Assembly (NCBI GenBank): GCA_963848815.1
Contig: CAWKFY010000033.1
Location: 23,959-87,958, forward strand
Direction of reading: 5' to 3'
DNA length: 64,000 nt
Origin: an uncultured Chloroflexia bacterium
GTDB taxonomy: Bacteria > Chloroflexota > Dehalococcoidia > GIF9 > UBA5629
Shown: one piece after another, positions 17,043 to 25,643 of the stretch
How the letters are laid out: each line of letters opens with the position of its first letter
Position numbering within the stretch: the first letter of the stretch is position 1
The notes under the pieces: generated by a model
Databases searched by the model: none
What the model was told of the DNA's origin: nothing
The model's input: only the letters and a program-made list of their open reading frames with translations
Made by a program: the position numbers and the translations under genes

Positions 17043-18113
17043 TTATTGGCTGCCCGCCCGGCCTGCAACCATCTGATGGATTTCCCGGCAGGCCTTTATT
17101 ATATCCTGTAGCTCGCCGGTGTAATGGTCTGCCGGCCGTCCACGATGGCCTCCTGCGGGGTTGTAGTGCGCTTCGATCATCAGCCCGTCGGCGCCGGCGG
17201 CGATGGCGGCGCAGCTCATGCTGAATATCAGGTCGCGGCGGCCGGTGGCGTGGCTGGGGTCGACGATGACCGGCAGGTAGGTCTCCTTCTTCATGACGGG
17301 CACGGCGGCCAGGTCGAGGGTGTAGCGGGTGAATTCCCTGCCCTTGCCCACGGGCACGATGCCGCGCTCGCACAGGATGATGTCCTTGTTGCCCTCGGCG
17401 GCGATATATTCGGCGAAGGAGAGGAATTCCTCGATGCCGGCGCCGAAATGCCTTTTGAGCAGGACGGGCTTGTTCTTCTTGCCCACCTTGCCCAGCAGGT
17501 CCTGGTTGTACATATTGCGGGAGCCTATCTGCAGTATATCGACATATTCGGCGGCCAGGTCGACGTGGTCCTCGCCCCTGACCTCGGTGACGACCGGCAG
17601 GCCGAACTCTCGTCCGGCGTCGCGCATCCATTTAAGCGCCTGTTCGGCGCTCTTGCGGTCGGTGCCGCCCACGCCCTGGAAGGAATGCACCGAGCTGCGG
17701 GGCTTGAAGATGCCGCCCCTCAGGATGTGCGCGCCGGCTTTCTTAACGGCCTCGGCTATCATGAACAATTGCTTCTTGTTCTCCACTGCGCAGGGGCCTG
17801 CCATGATGATGGGCTCGCCGTTGCCGATCTGGAGGTTGCCTATCTGGACGGGCTTGCGTTCCTCGCCTTTCTCGCCCGTAGCCCGGCCGTACTCCCGGCT
17901 GATGAGTTTATATGGCGTTTCGATTTTAATCACCTCCTTTACGCCTGGCAAGACTGCTAAATGATCGAAAGGGACGTTACTCTCGTCGCCGACCAGCCCG
18001 ATAACGGTCCTAAAATCGCCGCGGGAGACATCGGCCTTGAGGCCGTAATGCCGTATCTCCTTGACGATGCGCTTGATATCCTCGTCTGTTGCGTCGCGTT
18101 TCATGATCATCAT
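17043..18113 (-). CDS. aroF: DAHP synthase (type I-beta) with an N-terminal ferredoxin-like regulatory domain; about 13 C-terminal codons are out of frame
   Basis: 356-aa ORF with a KDSA/DAHPS core ('IMAGPCAVE', 'KPRSS', 'IVDPSH'). Between about 17115 and 17155 the listed frame reads 'AGGHRGRPADHYTG', while the +1 frame reads the family-typical 'EAIVDGRQTITP'. That indicates two compensating indels. RBS AGGAGG at 18124-18129. Confidence 0.88.
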   Translation of the reverse strand: MMIMKRDATDEDIKRIVKEIRHYGLKADVSRGDFRTVIGLVGDESNVPFDHLAVLPGVKEVIKIETPYKLISREYGRATGEKGEERKPVQIGNLQIGNGEPIIMAGPCAVENKKQLFMIAEAVKKAGAHILRGGIFKPRSSVHSFQGVGGTDRKSAEQALKWMRDAGREFGLPVVTEVRGEDHVDLAAEYVDILQIGSRNMYNQDLLGKVGKKNKPVLLKRHFGAGIEEFLSFAEYIAAEGNKDIILCERGIVPVGKGREFTRYTLDLAAVPVMKKETYLPVIVDPSHATGRRDLIFSMSCAAIAAGADGLMIEAHYNPAGGHRGRPADHYTGELQDIIKACREIHQMVAGRAGSQ

Positions 18114-18142
18114 TGCTCGTGTACCTCCTGAAATTTTAGTGT

Positions 18143-18179
18143 ATAAAAAGAGAGGAGCCCTCCGCTTGGAGGGCTCCTT
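18143..18179 (-). terminator. Intrinsic terminator of the aro leader (attenuator terminator)
   Basis: On the minus strand GGAGCCCTCC-aagc-GGAGGGCTCC (18177 down to 18154) is a perfect 10-bp GC-rich stem followed by TCTCTTTTTAT. It sits about 30 nt upstream of the aroF start. The plus strand also reads as a hairpin followed by TTTATTTT. Confidence 0.7.
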
Positions 18180-18205
18180 TATTTTGCTACTTCTTTACTT
18201 ACTTC

Positions 18206-18307
18206 TTATCTGGAACCGGGTGCGCTGCACCTCTCCCCAAGCCTATCGCAGGGCGTAAAAAACCAGTAATAGAAGTAAAAGCTTTGAGAGGCTATGCAGT
18301 TTTCCAT
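18206..18307 (-). CDS. Aromatic-rich leader peptide (33 aa) of the aro operon
   Basis: MENCIASQSFYFYYWFFTPCDRLGERCSAPGSR, with eight consecutive aromatic codons (TTT TAC TTC TAT TAC TGG TTT TTT) at 18257-18280. No clear SD. It is below the ORF-track cut-off. Confidence 0.6.
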   Translation of the reverse strand: MENCIASQSFYFYYWFFTPCDRLGERCSAPGSR

Positions 18308-18379
18308 ATCAGTAGATAAGATTAACATAGAAAAAAACGGCTGTCAAAATCCGGCTACAAAACGGTAATTATACGCACA

Positions 18380-18853
18380 TCATGTAATCAGGACGTTTTT
18401 GGGCGACGGGTGCTCTTTGATTAGGGCTTCCATTATTTCCACGGCGTCCCGGACGAAGGGCGGGCAGACCGTGCGGAAAAGCCCCAGTTTGCGCACCTCG
18501 AGTAGTGTCTGGCGGTTGCTGATGTCATAGCCCAGCAAGTCCCGGCAGACAACGGTCTTGTGCCTGGCCTTAAACCGCTGCAGGAACTCGCCCACCAACT
18601 GGTAGGTGGCCTCGTTGGATGAGAAGGGGTCTTCGGAAGACATGCCGTAGTGAAGTCCGAGCGCCATGATTGCGCCGGAGACGGCCCCGCAGGTCTCGGC
18701 CATGCGGCCGATTCCGCCGCCGAAGCCGGCAGCGATCTTCTGCGCATTGATAATGCTCAGCCCGTAATCGGCGGCGAAAGCAGACAGCACAGACTGCGAA
18801 CAATTGAAACCTTTCTTAAAGGTGGCTACGGCCTTTTCAGATTTTTCACTCAT
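18380..18853 (-). CDS. C_GCAxxG_C_C family redox protein
   Basis: 'FNCSQSV', 'ETCGAVSGA', 'VVCRDLL' and 'TVCPPF' reproduce the family Cys pattern. Confidence 0.8.
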   Translation of the reverse strand: MSEKSEKAVATFKKGFNCSQSVLSAFAADYGLSIINAQKIAAGFGGGIGRMAETCGAVSGAIMALGLHYGMSSEDPFSSNEATYQLVGEFLQRFKARHKTVVCRDLLGYDISNRQTLLEVRKLGLFRTVCPPFVRDAVEIMEALIKEHPSPKNVLIT

Positions 18854-18902
18854 CCAAGTACGTCCTTAACCGTCTATCATCGCTCCCCTTCGGAATCTAT
18901 AT

Positions 18903-19367
18903 CTATTTTCTAACTCTTGCCAGAGTTTTTTCAAACTGGACAAGGTGGTCTTTGAGGTGCCGGTAGTAGTCGGTGATAAGGAATTCCAGCGTCATTTTCT
19001 TATCTCCCGTCGCCAGGTAGTTGCCCAGTTTCTCCTTATCGACCGTATCGATAATATGTGCAAGCAGTATGTTGTATTGCTTCCAGAGCAGCATAATATC
19101 CGACAGGGGCAGGTCGTTGAACCTCTCCACGCCGATCCACTCGATCTGATACTTGTGGTGTTCCGGATTGGCCATTTCGGCGACGAACTGCAGCCCTATG
19201 AAGCGCTGGTGATTGTTGGAGGCCGAATTTATCAGGTGGCCGATGATCTCCTTCAGGGACCATTCTCCGGGCTCCGGCCGCAGGGACGCTTTCTTGTCGT
19301 CGAGATTCTTATATTTTTTATAGAAGTCCTGTACCGTCTTGTTGAGATCTTTGCTGATACTTTCCAT
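18903..19367 (-). CDS. DinB/YfiT-like four-helix-bundle protein
   Basis: 154 aa with 'EWSLKEIIGHLINSASNNHQRF' and a C-terminal 'YYRHLKDH' His pattern typical of the DinB_2 superfamily. Confidence 0.65.
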   Translation of the reverse strand: MESISKDLNKTVQDFYKKYKNLDDKKASLRPEPGEWSLKEIIGHLINSASNNHQRFIGLQFVAEMANPEHHKYQIEWIGVERFNDLPLSDIMLLWKQYNILLAHIIDTVDKEKLGNYLATGDKKMTLEFLITDYYRHLKDHLVQFEKTLARVRK

Positions 19368-19513
19368 TTCACCTGCCTCCGAATTTTATTGACCACCTAA
19401 TTATACTTTACTTTGGCTATAAACTGGAGATCATTCGTACCGGCAGCACGTGTAGGATGGCTTTCCCCTTGATTTTCGGTGCCTTTTTATGATGAAATAT
19501 CAGGGGTGGTAAT

Positions 19514-20725
19514 TTGACTGCACTAGTTTTCGGAATCGCCGGCGCCCTGCTCATCATAGGCTACCTCACGGATTTTCTTTTCAGGAAAACAGGGTTCCCT
19601 GATATCCTGATATTGCTGGCAATAGGTTATCTGCTGGGCCCGGTATACCATGTCATCGATCCCGCCGAATTGGGGACGGTGTCGCAACTGATCGCTACAA
19701 TTGCCCTGGTGGTTATTATTTTCAACGGTGGCATCGGGTTTGACATCGCCAGGGTGATCTCTTCCACGCCCAGAGCGATGATAATGGTCATATTCGGGGT
19801 AGCTGTAAGCATAGCGTTCATCGCCGTCCCGGCCTTTGCATTGTTTCACTGGGGCGTGCTCGACAGCCTGCTGCTGGGGACGGTGGTTGGGGGCACCAGT
19901 TCGGCCATTGTGATCGGCCTGGTAAGCCGTGCCAAGGTCCCGGACAATATAATCTCGCTGCTGAGCCTGGAATCGGTATTGAACAGCCCGATAGTCATCG
20001 TTGTAGCGTTGATCTTACTTCAGGCGATCGCAGCAGGAGCAAGCGGAGTAAGCTTCGCGGCCATCGGCCAGACAATAGGCATCAGGGTTGCAGTGGGGTT
20101 GGGAGTCGGCATCGCGGCGGGCATTGGTTGGCTCTGGTTGCTGCTGTTGATGAAGAAAGAAGAGTTTAATGACATATTAAACCTTGCCATCGTCTTCCTG
20201 CTGTATTTTGTAGTGGAATATTTCAATGGGAGCGGCGTAGTTTTCGCTCTGGTATTCGGCCTTATCATCGGCAACGGTGTCATAGTCGGCAAATTCAAAC
20301 TGGTGCAGGCCGAGCAGACCACGTTTATGATGCGGAGGTTTACTTCGCAGGTGTATTTCTTCGTCAAGACGTTTTTCTTTATTTATCTCGGTCTGATCAG
20401 TACGTTCAGTCAACCTGAACTGGTGGGCCTGGGTGTGGCCGCCGGTATCCTGCTCCTCCTGGGCAGATACCTGGTGGCGCTTCTCGCCTCGATCGGGAAC
20501 AGGGAGCTGTTCGAGCACAGAGGGCTACTGTCTACCATGATGGCCAGGGGGGAAACATCAGCGGTTTTGATACAATTGGTAATAGCGGCAGGGATCCAGC
20601 ACTCGGCCCAGTACCCTGACTTGGTCATGTCGATTGTCCTGACTACAGTGATCATAGCCGCCCTGGGCATGCTTATCTTCGGGCGCGAGAAAAAAGAGGA
20701 AGATACAGAGCAGTCCTGGGCCTGA
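19514..20725 (+). CDS. Cation:proton antiporter (Na+/H+ exchanger family)
   Basis: 403-aa polytopic protein. The N-terminal 'GFPDILILLAIGYLLGP' is typical of the CPA1/CPA2 family. Confidence 0.78.
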   Translation: MTALVFGIAGALLIIGYLTDFLFRKTGFPDILILLAIGYLLGPVYHVIDPAELGTVSQLIATIALVVIIFNGGIGFDIARVISSTPRAMIMVIFGVAVSIAFIAVPAFALFHWGVLDSLLLGTVVGGTSSAIVIGLVSRAKVPDNIISLLSLESVLNSPIVIVVALILLQAIAAGASGVSFAAIGQTIGIRVAVGLGVGIAAGIGWLWLLLLMKKEEFNDILNLAIVFLLYFVVEYFNGSGVVFALVFGLIIGNGVIVGKFKLVQAEQTTFMMRRFTSQVYFFVKTFFFIYLGLISTFSQPELVGLGVAAGILLLLGRYLVALLASIGNRELFEHRGLLSTMMARGETSAVLIQLVIAAGIQHSAQYPDLVMSIVLTTVIIAALGMLIFGREKKEEDTEQSWA

Positions 20726-20761
20726 AAGCCCGCATAATTAAAAAACTGATGTCCTGCCCGG

Positions 20762-21856
20762 CTAACTGAATAGCACCGGCAAAAGGACGACGAAGTAAAT
20801 CGCCATCATCACGAGCCCCACCGGCACGCCGATAAGGGCCCACTCCTTCATGGTTATTTTCAAGCGTCCCGCCGCCACAATGTTGGGTATATTCCCCGGT
20901 ATGAGCATGCCGCCTGAAATAAGCAGGGCTATCACGGCACCGATTATTTGAGAAAGCTGCAGTCCGGGGCTGATCTCTATAGCCGTCAACGTAGCATTAT
21001 CCAGGAAAGAGGAGAGCAGGTTGATCCAGTATAGAGCCCAGGCGGGGACCATGCCTAAAAATAGTGTGAAGAGCGGTCCCAAACCTGCGCCCAGCAATAT
21101 CAGCGCAAATATAAATATATATACCTTAAAGGACCGGATAACGACGGTTTTCACAGATTCAGAGGCGTTTGATTGGGCTTCGGAGAGTGCAATGCCGCAA
21201 CGCGGCAGCAGGCTGCCCGCAATTGCGATCAGTATTATGCCCGGCAGTATGTAAAGGCCGAGTGTGGTAAGAGGGAAGAAAAAGCCGGCATTATAGGGCG
21301 GTCCGCTGAGCTTATAGACCAGGATTGTGGATAAAGGCTCCCCTATCGGCGTCAGGCCGGCGCCGAGCCCTATGGCGAAGCAAGATATAACAGCTATTTT
21401 GACCTTGTCCTGGCGGCTGAACGGCAGGATAATCAGCAGTTCGGCCAGTATGACCGATGTGGCTATGACCGAGAGGACGCTGGAAAGCAGGCCGAGCAGC
21501 AGGATCGTCAAGAACAGGAATAGTCCGGGACGCAGCTTCCGGTAAACCCGGGTGACCAGGCCGTATAACCTGTGGTCGAAATAGTGTATGAGCAGCCCGA
21601 ACAGCAGGACGACCTGGAAAATGCCTATTGGGGCCGAGCCGATTGTTACAGGCGCTTTCAAGGCTTCCAGCAGTACATCGACGGACCAGCCGCCGGAAAT
21701 GGTCAGGGCGGCAACTCCCATGACCAGAAAGAAATATTCAATGTAGTCGTTGACCAGCCGGAAAATGAAGGGGAAAAGCAGGGTTATCAGGGTTATCAGG
21801 GACAGCAGCACTATCTGGTAGATGGGGATGGATGGGCCGGCATACTCATACAGCAT
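20762..21856 (-). CDS. Polytopic membrane protein, DUF1646-like predicted cation transporter
   Basis: 364 aa with about 10 TM segments. The family assignment is from memory of size and architecture and was not verified. Confidence 0.45.
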   Translation of the reverse strand: MLYEYAGPSIPIYQIVLLSLITLITLLFPFIFRLVNDYIEYFFLVMGVAALTISGGWSVDVLLEALKAPVTIGSAPIGIFQVVLLFGLLIHYFDHRLYGLVTRVYRKLRPGLFLFLTILLLGLLSSVLSVIATSVILAELLIILPFSRQDKVKIAVISCFAIGLGAGLTPIGEPLSTILVYKLSGPPYNAGFFFPLTTLGLYILPGIILIAIAGSLLPRCGIALSEAQSNASESVKTVVIRSFKVYIFIFALILLGAGLGPLFTLFLGMVPAWALYWINLLSSFLDNATLTAIEISPGLQLSQIIGAVIALLISGGMLIPGNIPNIVAAGRLKITMKEWALIGVPVGLVMMAIYFVVLLPVLFS

Positions 21857-21861
21857 GGATG

Positions 21862-22347
21862 CTAGCGTCTCACCTTATTCCCGGCATGAGGGACTTTATT
21901 GAGCGGCAGCACCCTGATGAGCAGGACCGGTACATAACAATAGTGGATCAGCTTGTCCGCTACGCTGCCCATGATCCAGCGTTCGACGCCCGACCTTCCG
22001 TGCGTGGCCATAATTATGAGGTCGAAATCATGTCCGTTGGCGTAGTCGATCAGGCTCTCGTCCGCCTTTCCTTCGAGAAAGGTGGTACTGGTTGAAATCC
22101 CTTTGTCAACGAAATATTTTTTAATCCTGCGAAGGTACGCCATGGAGTGGTTTTTGGACCTTTTGTTATATTCTGCAATGTTTTCTTCATCGAATACCAT
22201 GCCTCCGTGCGGGGGCATTTCAAATTGCTCGAAGACTGTTATAAGTTCAATGCTGGAGTGTCTTGTTTTCGCGATATCCTCCACATAAGGGAAAACGCTT
22301 TCGGCAAGTTTAGAGCCATCGAGAGGCACCATAATTTTACTGAACAT
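21862..22347 (-). CDS. Universal stress protein
   Basis: Start 'MFSKIMVPLDGS' follows AGGAGG. The C-terminal 'MATHGRSGVERWIMGSVADKL' is the Usp ATP-binding motif. Confidence 0.8.
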   Translation of the reverse strand: MFSKIMVPLDGSKLAESVFPYVEDIAKTRHSSIELITVFEQFEMPPHGGMVFDEENIAEYNKRSKNHSMAYLRRIKKYFVDKGISTSTTFLEGKADESLIDYANGHDFDLIIMATHGRSGVERWIMGSVADKLIHYCYVPVLLIRVLPLNKVPHAGNKVRR

Positions 22348-22467
22348 GATCCTCCTCACTAAAGGTAATAATCTGCATCCCATCTTATTTCAACGGATGT
22401 AATTTGGCAACAGGTGTGTAAACGTGGCCGTCAACCAGCTGCTGCCCGAAGGTTTCCAGTAGCCGCC

Positions 22468-24360
22468 CTATGCCTCGATCATTTCCACAACGCCGGCATG
22501 GCTACGATAAGTACGGATGACATCCTCTATGCACAACATGCCCACCAGCTTCAAAGGATGTTCTTCATCAAGCACAGGCAGGTGGCTGATATTGTTCCTG
22601 CTCATGCGTTCAAGAGCAACATCCAGGGATTCATGTGAGTAGCATACTATCAGCTTGGTGGTCATGACATCCGCAGCCGTTTTAAATTCCCTGTCTTTTT
22701 TGGGCACCTGTACCATATCAAGGTTGGCAACGATTCCGATAATGGCCCCTTCCTGCATAACGGGGACGGCATCCACCCTTTTGTCTTGGAACAAGATTTG
22801 TACGTCCGTTAATTTTGTCTCAGGGATTACGGAAGCCAGCACGGTATGCATTGCATCCTGGACCATCAGCCTTGTCAGCAGGGGAACGGAGTACTCGGCC
22901 TTGTGCGCAGGAGAGGCGGCCCGGTTGGCGACCTGGTTCTCGTAGATATAGCTATTTCCGGAGGAAAAATAAGCTATAACAACGGCGATCATGCATGGCG
23001 CCAGCAGGACATAGCTGTTGGTCATCTCGCTGACCATGATCATAATGGCCAGGGGAGCCTTGGCGATGCCGCCGAAAAGCGCCATCATGCCCACGATTAC
23101 GAAGGCGTCTGGGCTGGGCGTTACAATGGCCGGGACGCCTTTGAGCAGCCACCAGACTATGGCGCCTACCATGCCACCTATTACCAGCCCGGGAGCAAAG
23201 ACGCCGCCGCTGCCTCCGGAACCGATGGACAGCCCGGTGGCTAGGATTTTACCCACCAGTATACCGAGCATTAAGAATATGGGGAGCACGGCAAAATTGC
23301 CGTCTATGCCGAGCTGGACCCATCCGTAGCCCTGGCCCAGTACCTGCGGTAGAAACATGCCTATAATGCCTACCCCGAATCCGCCGATAGCCGGCTTTAA
23401 ATAGTCGGGGATCTTCCAAGCCTTAAACAGGTCGCGTATTTTATAGAAAGTGCGGCCGTAGAGCAGGCCCACCAGGCCGCAGGCCAGCCCGAGAACAACG
23501 TAGCCTGCAAGCTGAAGCGGGCTTTCGAAGGCCAGGCCGGGTGGTATGGTGAAAATGGGTTGCCAGCCGTTGAAGGATGCGAAGATCACATATCCTATGA
23601 TCGAGGCGACGAAAGAAGGGAAGATGGCCTCGATCTCGAAATCACGCCTGTAAAGCACCTCCGTGCCCAGCAGTGCGCCGCCGAGCGGCGCTTTAAATAT
23701 AGAACCTATGCCGGCGCCGATGCCGATGGTCAGTGCAATTCTCCGGTCACGGTCATTAAGCTTGAATGCGTCCCCCAGTATCGATCCAAAGCCGGCGCTT
23801 ATCAATGCCACGGGCCCTTCTCTGCCGGCGCTGCCGCCGGAGCCGATCGTAACTGCTGAAGCAATAATTTTGATGGGGGGCACACGGGCGCGGATATGAC
23901 CCCGCTTGTGATGAAAAGCATTGATGGCGGCATCGGTACCATGGCCTTCGGCCTCAGGGGCGAATTTGAATACGATCAGGCCGCTTATAAGCCCTCCCAG
24001 CGTGGTCACCAGTGGGATGGCCCAGAGCCTGGTGATAGTTGTTACAATGGTAGGGCCTTCACCGCCGGGGACCGGCGCGGTGTAACCGGCCAGGTATCCC
24101 AGGAAAAGCTGCGAGGCCCATTGAATCAGCAGGTAAAATATAATCGAGCCGAAGCCTGCCACCATCCCTATTAATACGCCGATGATCAGCCACTTGCGCA
24201 GGTAACCGATATCCATCAGCCCGGTGAAACGGGAGAAGATGTTTTTCAGGATATTGTAGGCGCGCAGTATGCGGGTGCTAAGACGTAGGAAACCTATATA
24301 GAGGGATTTTCTGAGATTATCTAACATTAATATCCGCTTAAAAATTATATACCGGCGCAC
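22468..24360 (-). CDS. ClC chloride channel / H+-Cl- antiporter with C-terminal CBS pair
   Basis: 'GSGGSAGREGP' and 'GIFAPGL'-type motifs ('GGVFAPGLVIGG'), then two CBS-like segments. The true start may be internal (MLDNL...). Confidence 0.85.
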   Translation of the reverse strand: MRRYIIFKRILMLDNLRKSLYIGFLRLSTRILRAYNILKNIFSRFTGLMDIGYLRKWLIIGVLIGMVAGFGSIIFYLLIQWASQLFLGYLAGYTAPVPGGEGPTIVTTITRLWAIPLVTTLGGLISGLIVFKFAPEAEGHGTDAAINAFHHKRGHIRARVPPIKIIASAVTIGSGGSAGREGPVALISAGFGSILGDAFKLNDRDRRIALTIGIGAGIGSIFKAPLGGALLGTEVLYRRDFEIEAIFPSFVASIIGYVIFASFNGWQPIFTIPPGLAFESPLQLAGYVVLGLACGLVGLLYGRTFYKIRDLFKAWKIPDYLKPAIGGFGVGIIGMFLPQVLGQGYGWVQLGIDGNFAVLPIFLMLGILVGKILATGLSIGSGGSGGVFAPGLVIGGMVGAIVWWLLKGVPAIVTPSPDAFVIVGMMALFGGIAKAPLAIMIMVSEMTNSYVLLAPCMIAVVIAYFSSGNSYIYENQVANRAASPAHKAEYSVPLLTRLMVQDAMHTVLASVIPETKLTDVQILFQDKRVDAVPVMQEGAIIGIVANLDMVQVPKKDREFKTAADVMTTKLIVCYSHESLDVALERMSRNNISHLPVLDEEHPLKLVGMLCIEDVIRTYRSHAGVVEMIEA

Positions 24361-24388
24361 CGGCTGAATCCATCATCGGGAAGGGACG

Positions 24389-25636
24389 CTAAAGGTTGAT
24401 TACATCTTCAGGGTGATTAAGCGCGACAAACAGCAGCAGGTATTCTTTCAGGTGCCGCGTAATCAGGAAATTTTGCTTGACGTGCTGCATGCCGTTTTTC
24501 CCCAGCCGCTCCGCCAGGTCGGGATTGCCCAACAACTGCTTTAACGCGTAAGCGGCTCCTTCTACGCTGTGGCAGAGAAGGCCTGTGAACTTGTTCTTGA
24601 TCTGAAGCGGAATGCCGCCGACCGCGCTGGCCACGACAGGCTTGCTTTTCCACAGGGCTTCACTGATGGTCAGCCCGAAGCCCTCCTTGAGCGACTTCTG
24701 GAAAATGACCGTGGCTGCCCGCTGCAAAGCGTTTATCTCAACATCGCTTCCCGGCGGTATCAGAAGCACCTTAATGTCCGGGTTGCCGTCGGCGCGGTTC
24801 ATGACGTCGTTGAGTACCATTGTGCACTCCGGGTCATCCGTGGCCGTTCCACCCGCCAAGATCAGCTGACAGTCGAATCCTTTGCGGACCATTTCGAACG
24901 CCTCGATCACGCCCAGCGGGTCCTTTAAATAGTCGAATCTCGATATTTGCACCACCATGGGCTTCCCAGGGTCCAGGCCGTACTTGTTCAGCACCTCATC
25001 GATCTGCTTGCCGGTAAGTTCCTTATTCTTGTCGCTCAAGGGGTCGATAGAAGGCGAAATCAGGAACTGACGGATGGGCAATCGGGGAGAAAAGGAAGGC
25101 GCCGAAAAGACGGCAGCATCGTATTTGACAACGAACTGGTTGAGGAACTTCCATACCTGCTCATCCGGGTGCGATAAGTCTATGTGGCAGCGCCATATCC
25201 ATTGTCCGCCCACCTTCTGCTTTTGGGAGATCAATGCCGCCGGCTGGGGGTCGTGGATAAACATGATATCGGCGCCCAGGCTCATTTCTGCGATGTTTTT
25301 GCGGGTCGTATCCATGAAAAGATCAAAATCTTCACCGGAAATATTTTCGTGCTGTCCGTGAAGGGCGTTGTGGAATTTCTTGGTTACATCGAAGAAGGCG
25401 CTGTCACCCTCTATTACGTCCCAGCGGGCATCCAGGCCCAACTGATTGAGCAGCGGCACCATGCGGTTAAGTATTTCCGCCACGCCTCCACCTGAGAAGG
25501 TGGAGTTAATATTCTGAATCTTCTTGCCGGAAAGGTATCCTCCAATCAGCTTCAATTCATCGATCACGCTCTTGCCCACGATGGGTTGATAATCATCTAT
25601 TTTGGTTGCAAAGTGGCCTATCGTATCTGTTATCAT
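24389..25636 (-). CDS. treT: Trehalose synthase, TreT-type GT4 glycosyltransferase
   Basis: Matches my recollection of archaeal TreT along its length: 'NSTFSGGGVAEIL', 'FFDVTKKFHNALHG', 'HDPQPAAL', 'WRCHIDLS' and 'REGFGLT..EA.WK.KPV'. Confidence 0.75.
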   Translation of the reverse strand: MITDTIGHFATKIDDYQPIVGKSVIDELKLIGGYLSGKKIQNINSTFSGGGVAEILNRMVPLLNQLGLDARWDVIEGDSAFFDVTKKFHNALHGQHENISGEDFDLFMDTTRKNIAEMSLGADIMFIHDPQPAALISQKQKVGGQWIWRCHIDLSHPDEQVWKFLNQFVVKYDAAVFSAPSFSPRLPIRQFLISPSIDPLSDKNKELTGKQIDEVLNKYGLDPGKPMVVQISRFDYLKDPLGVIEAFEMVRKGFDCQLILAGGTATDDPECTMVLNDVMNRADGNPDIKVLLIPPGSDVEINALQRAATVIFQKSLKEGFGLTISEALWKSKPVVASAVGGIPLQIKNKFTGLLCHSVEGAAYALKQLLGNPDLAERLGKNGMQHVKQNFLITRHLKEYLLLFVALNHPEDVINL

Positions 25637-25643
25637 ACCGTTT

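Noticed and set aside
16918-17631. 237-aa Arg/Pro/Gly-rich ORF, together with similar long ORFs at 17124-17960, 11565-12344, 15495-16079, 37770-38489, 40310-41275 and 46098-46874
   Set aside because: All lie out of frame or antisense within well-supported conserved genes (aroF, aroC, aroD, glpD, FAD oxidase, mgtA). Their composition is low-complexity and typical of off-frame reading of GC-rich codons, and they carry no motifs.
18114-18379. Considered a T-box riboswitch as the aro operon leader, since T-boxes precede amino-acid genes in several Gram-positive-type lineages
   Set aside because: I found no T-box consensus (AAUUAGGGUGGUACCGCG-like) or specifier-loop features. The aromatic-codon mini-ORF with its antiterminator/terminator geometry explains the leader better.
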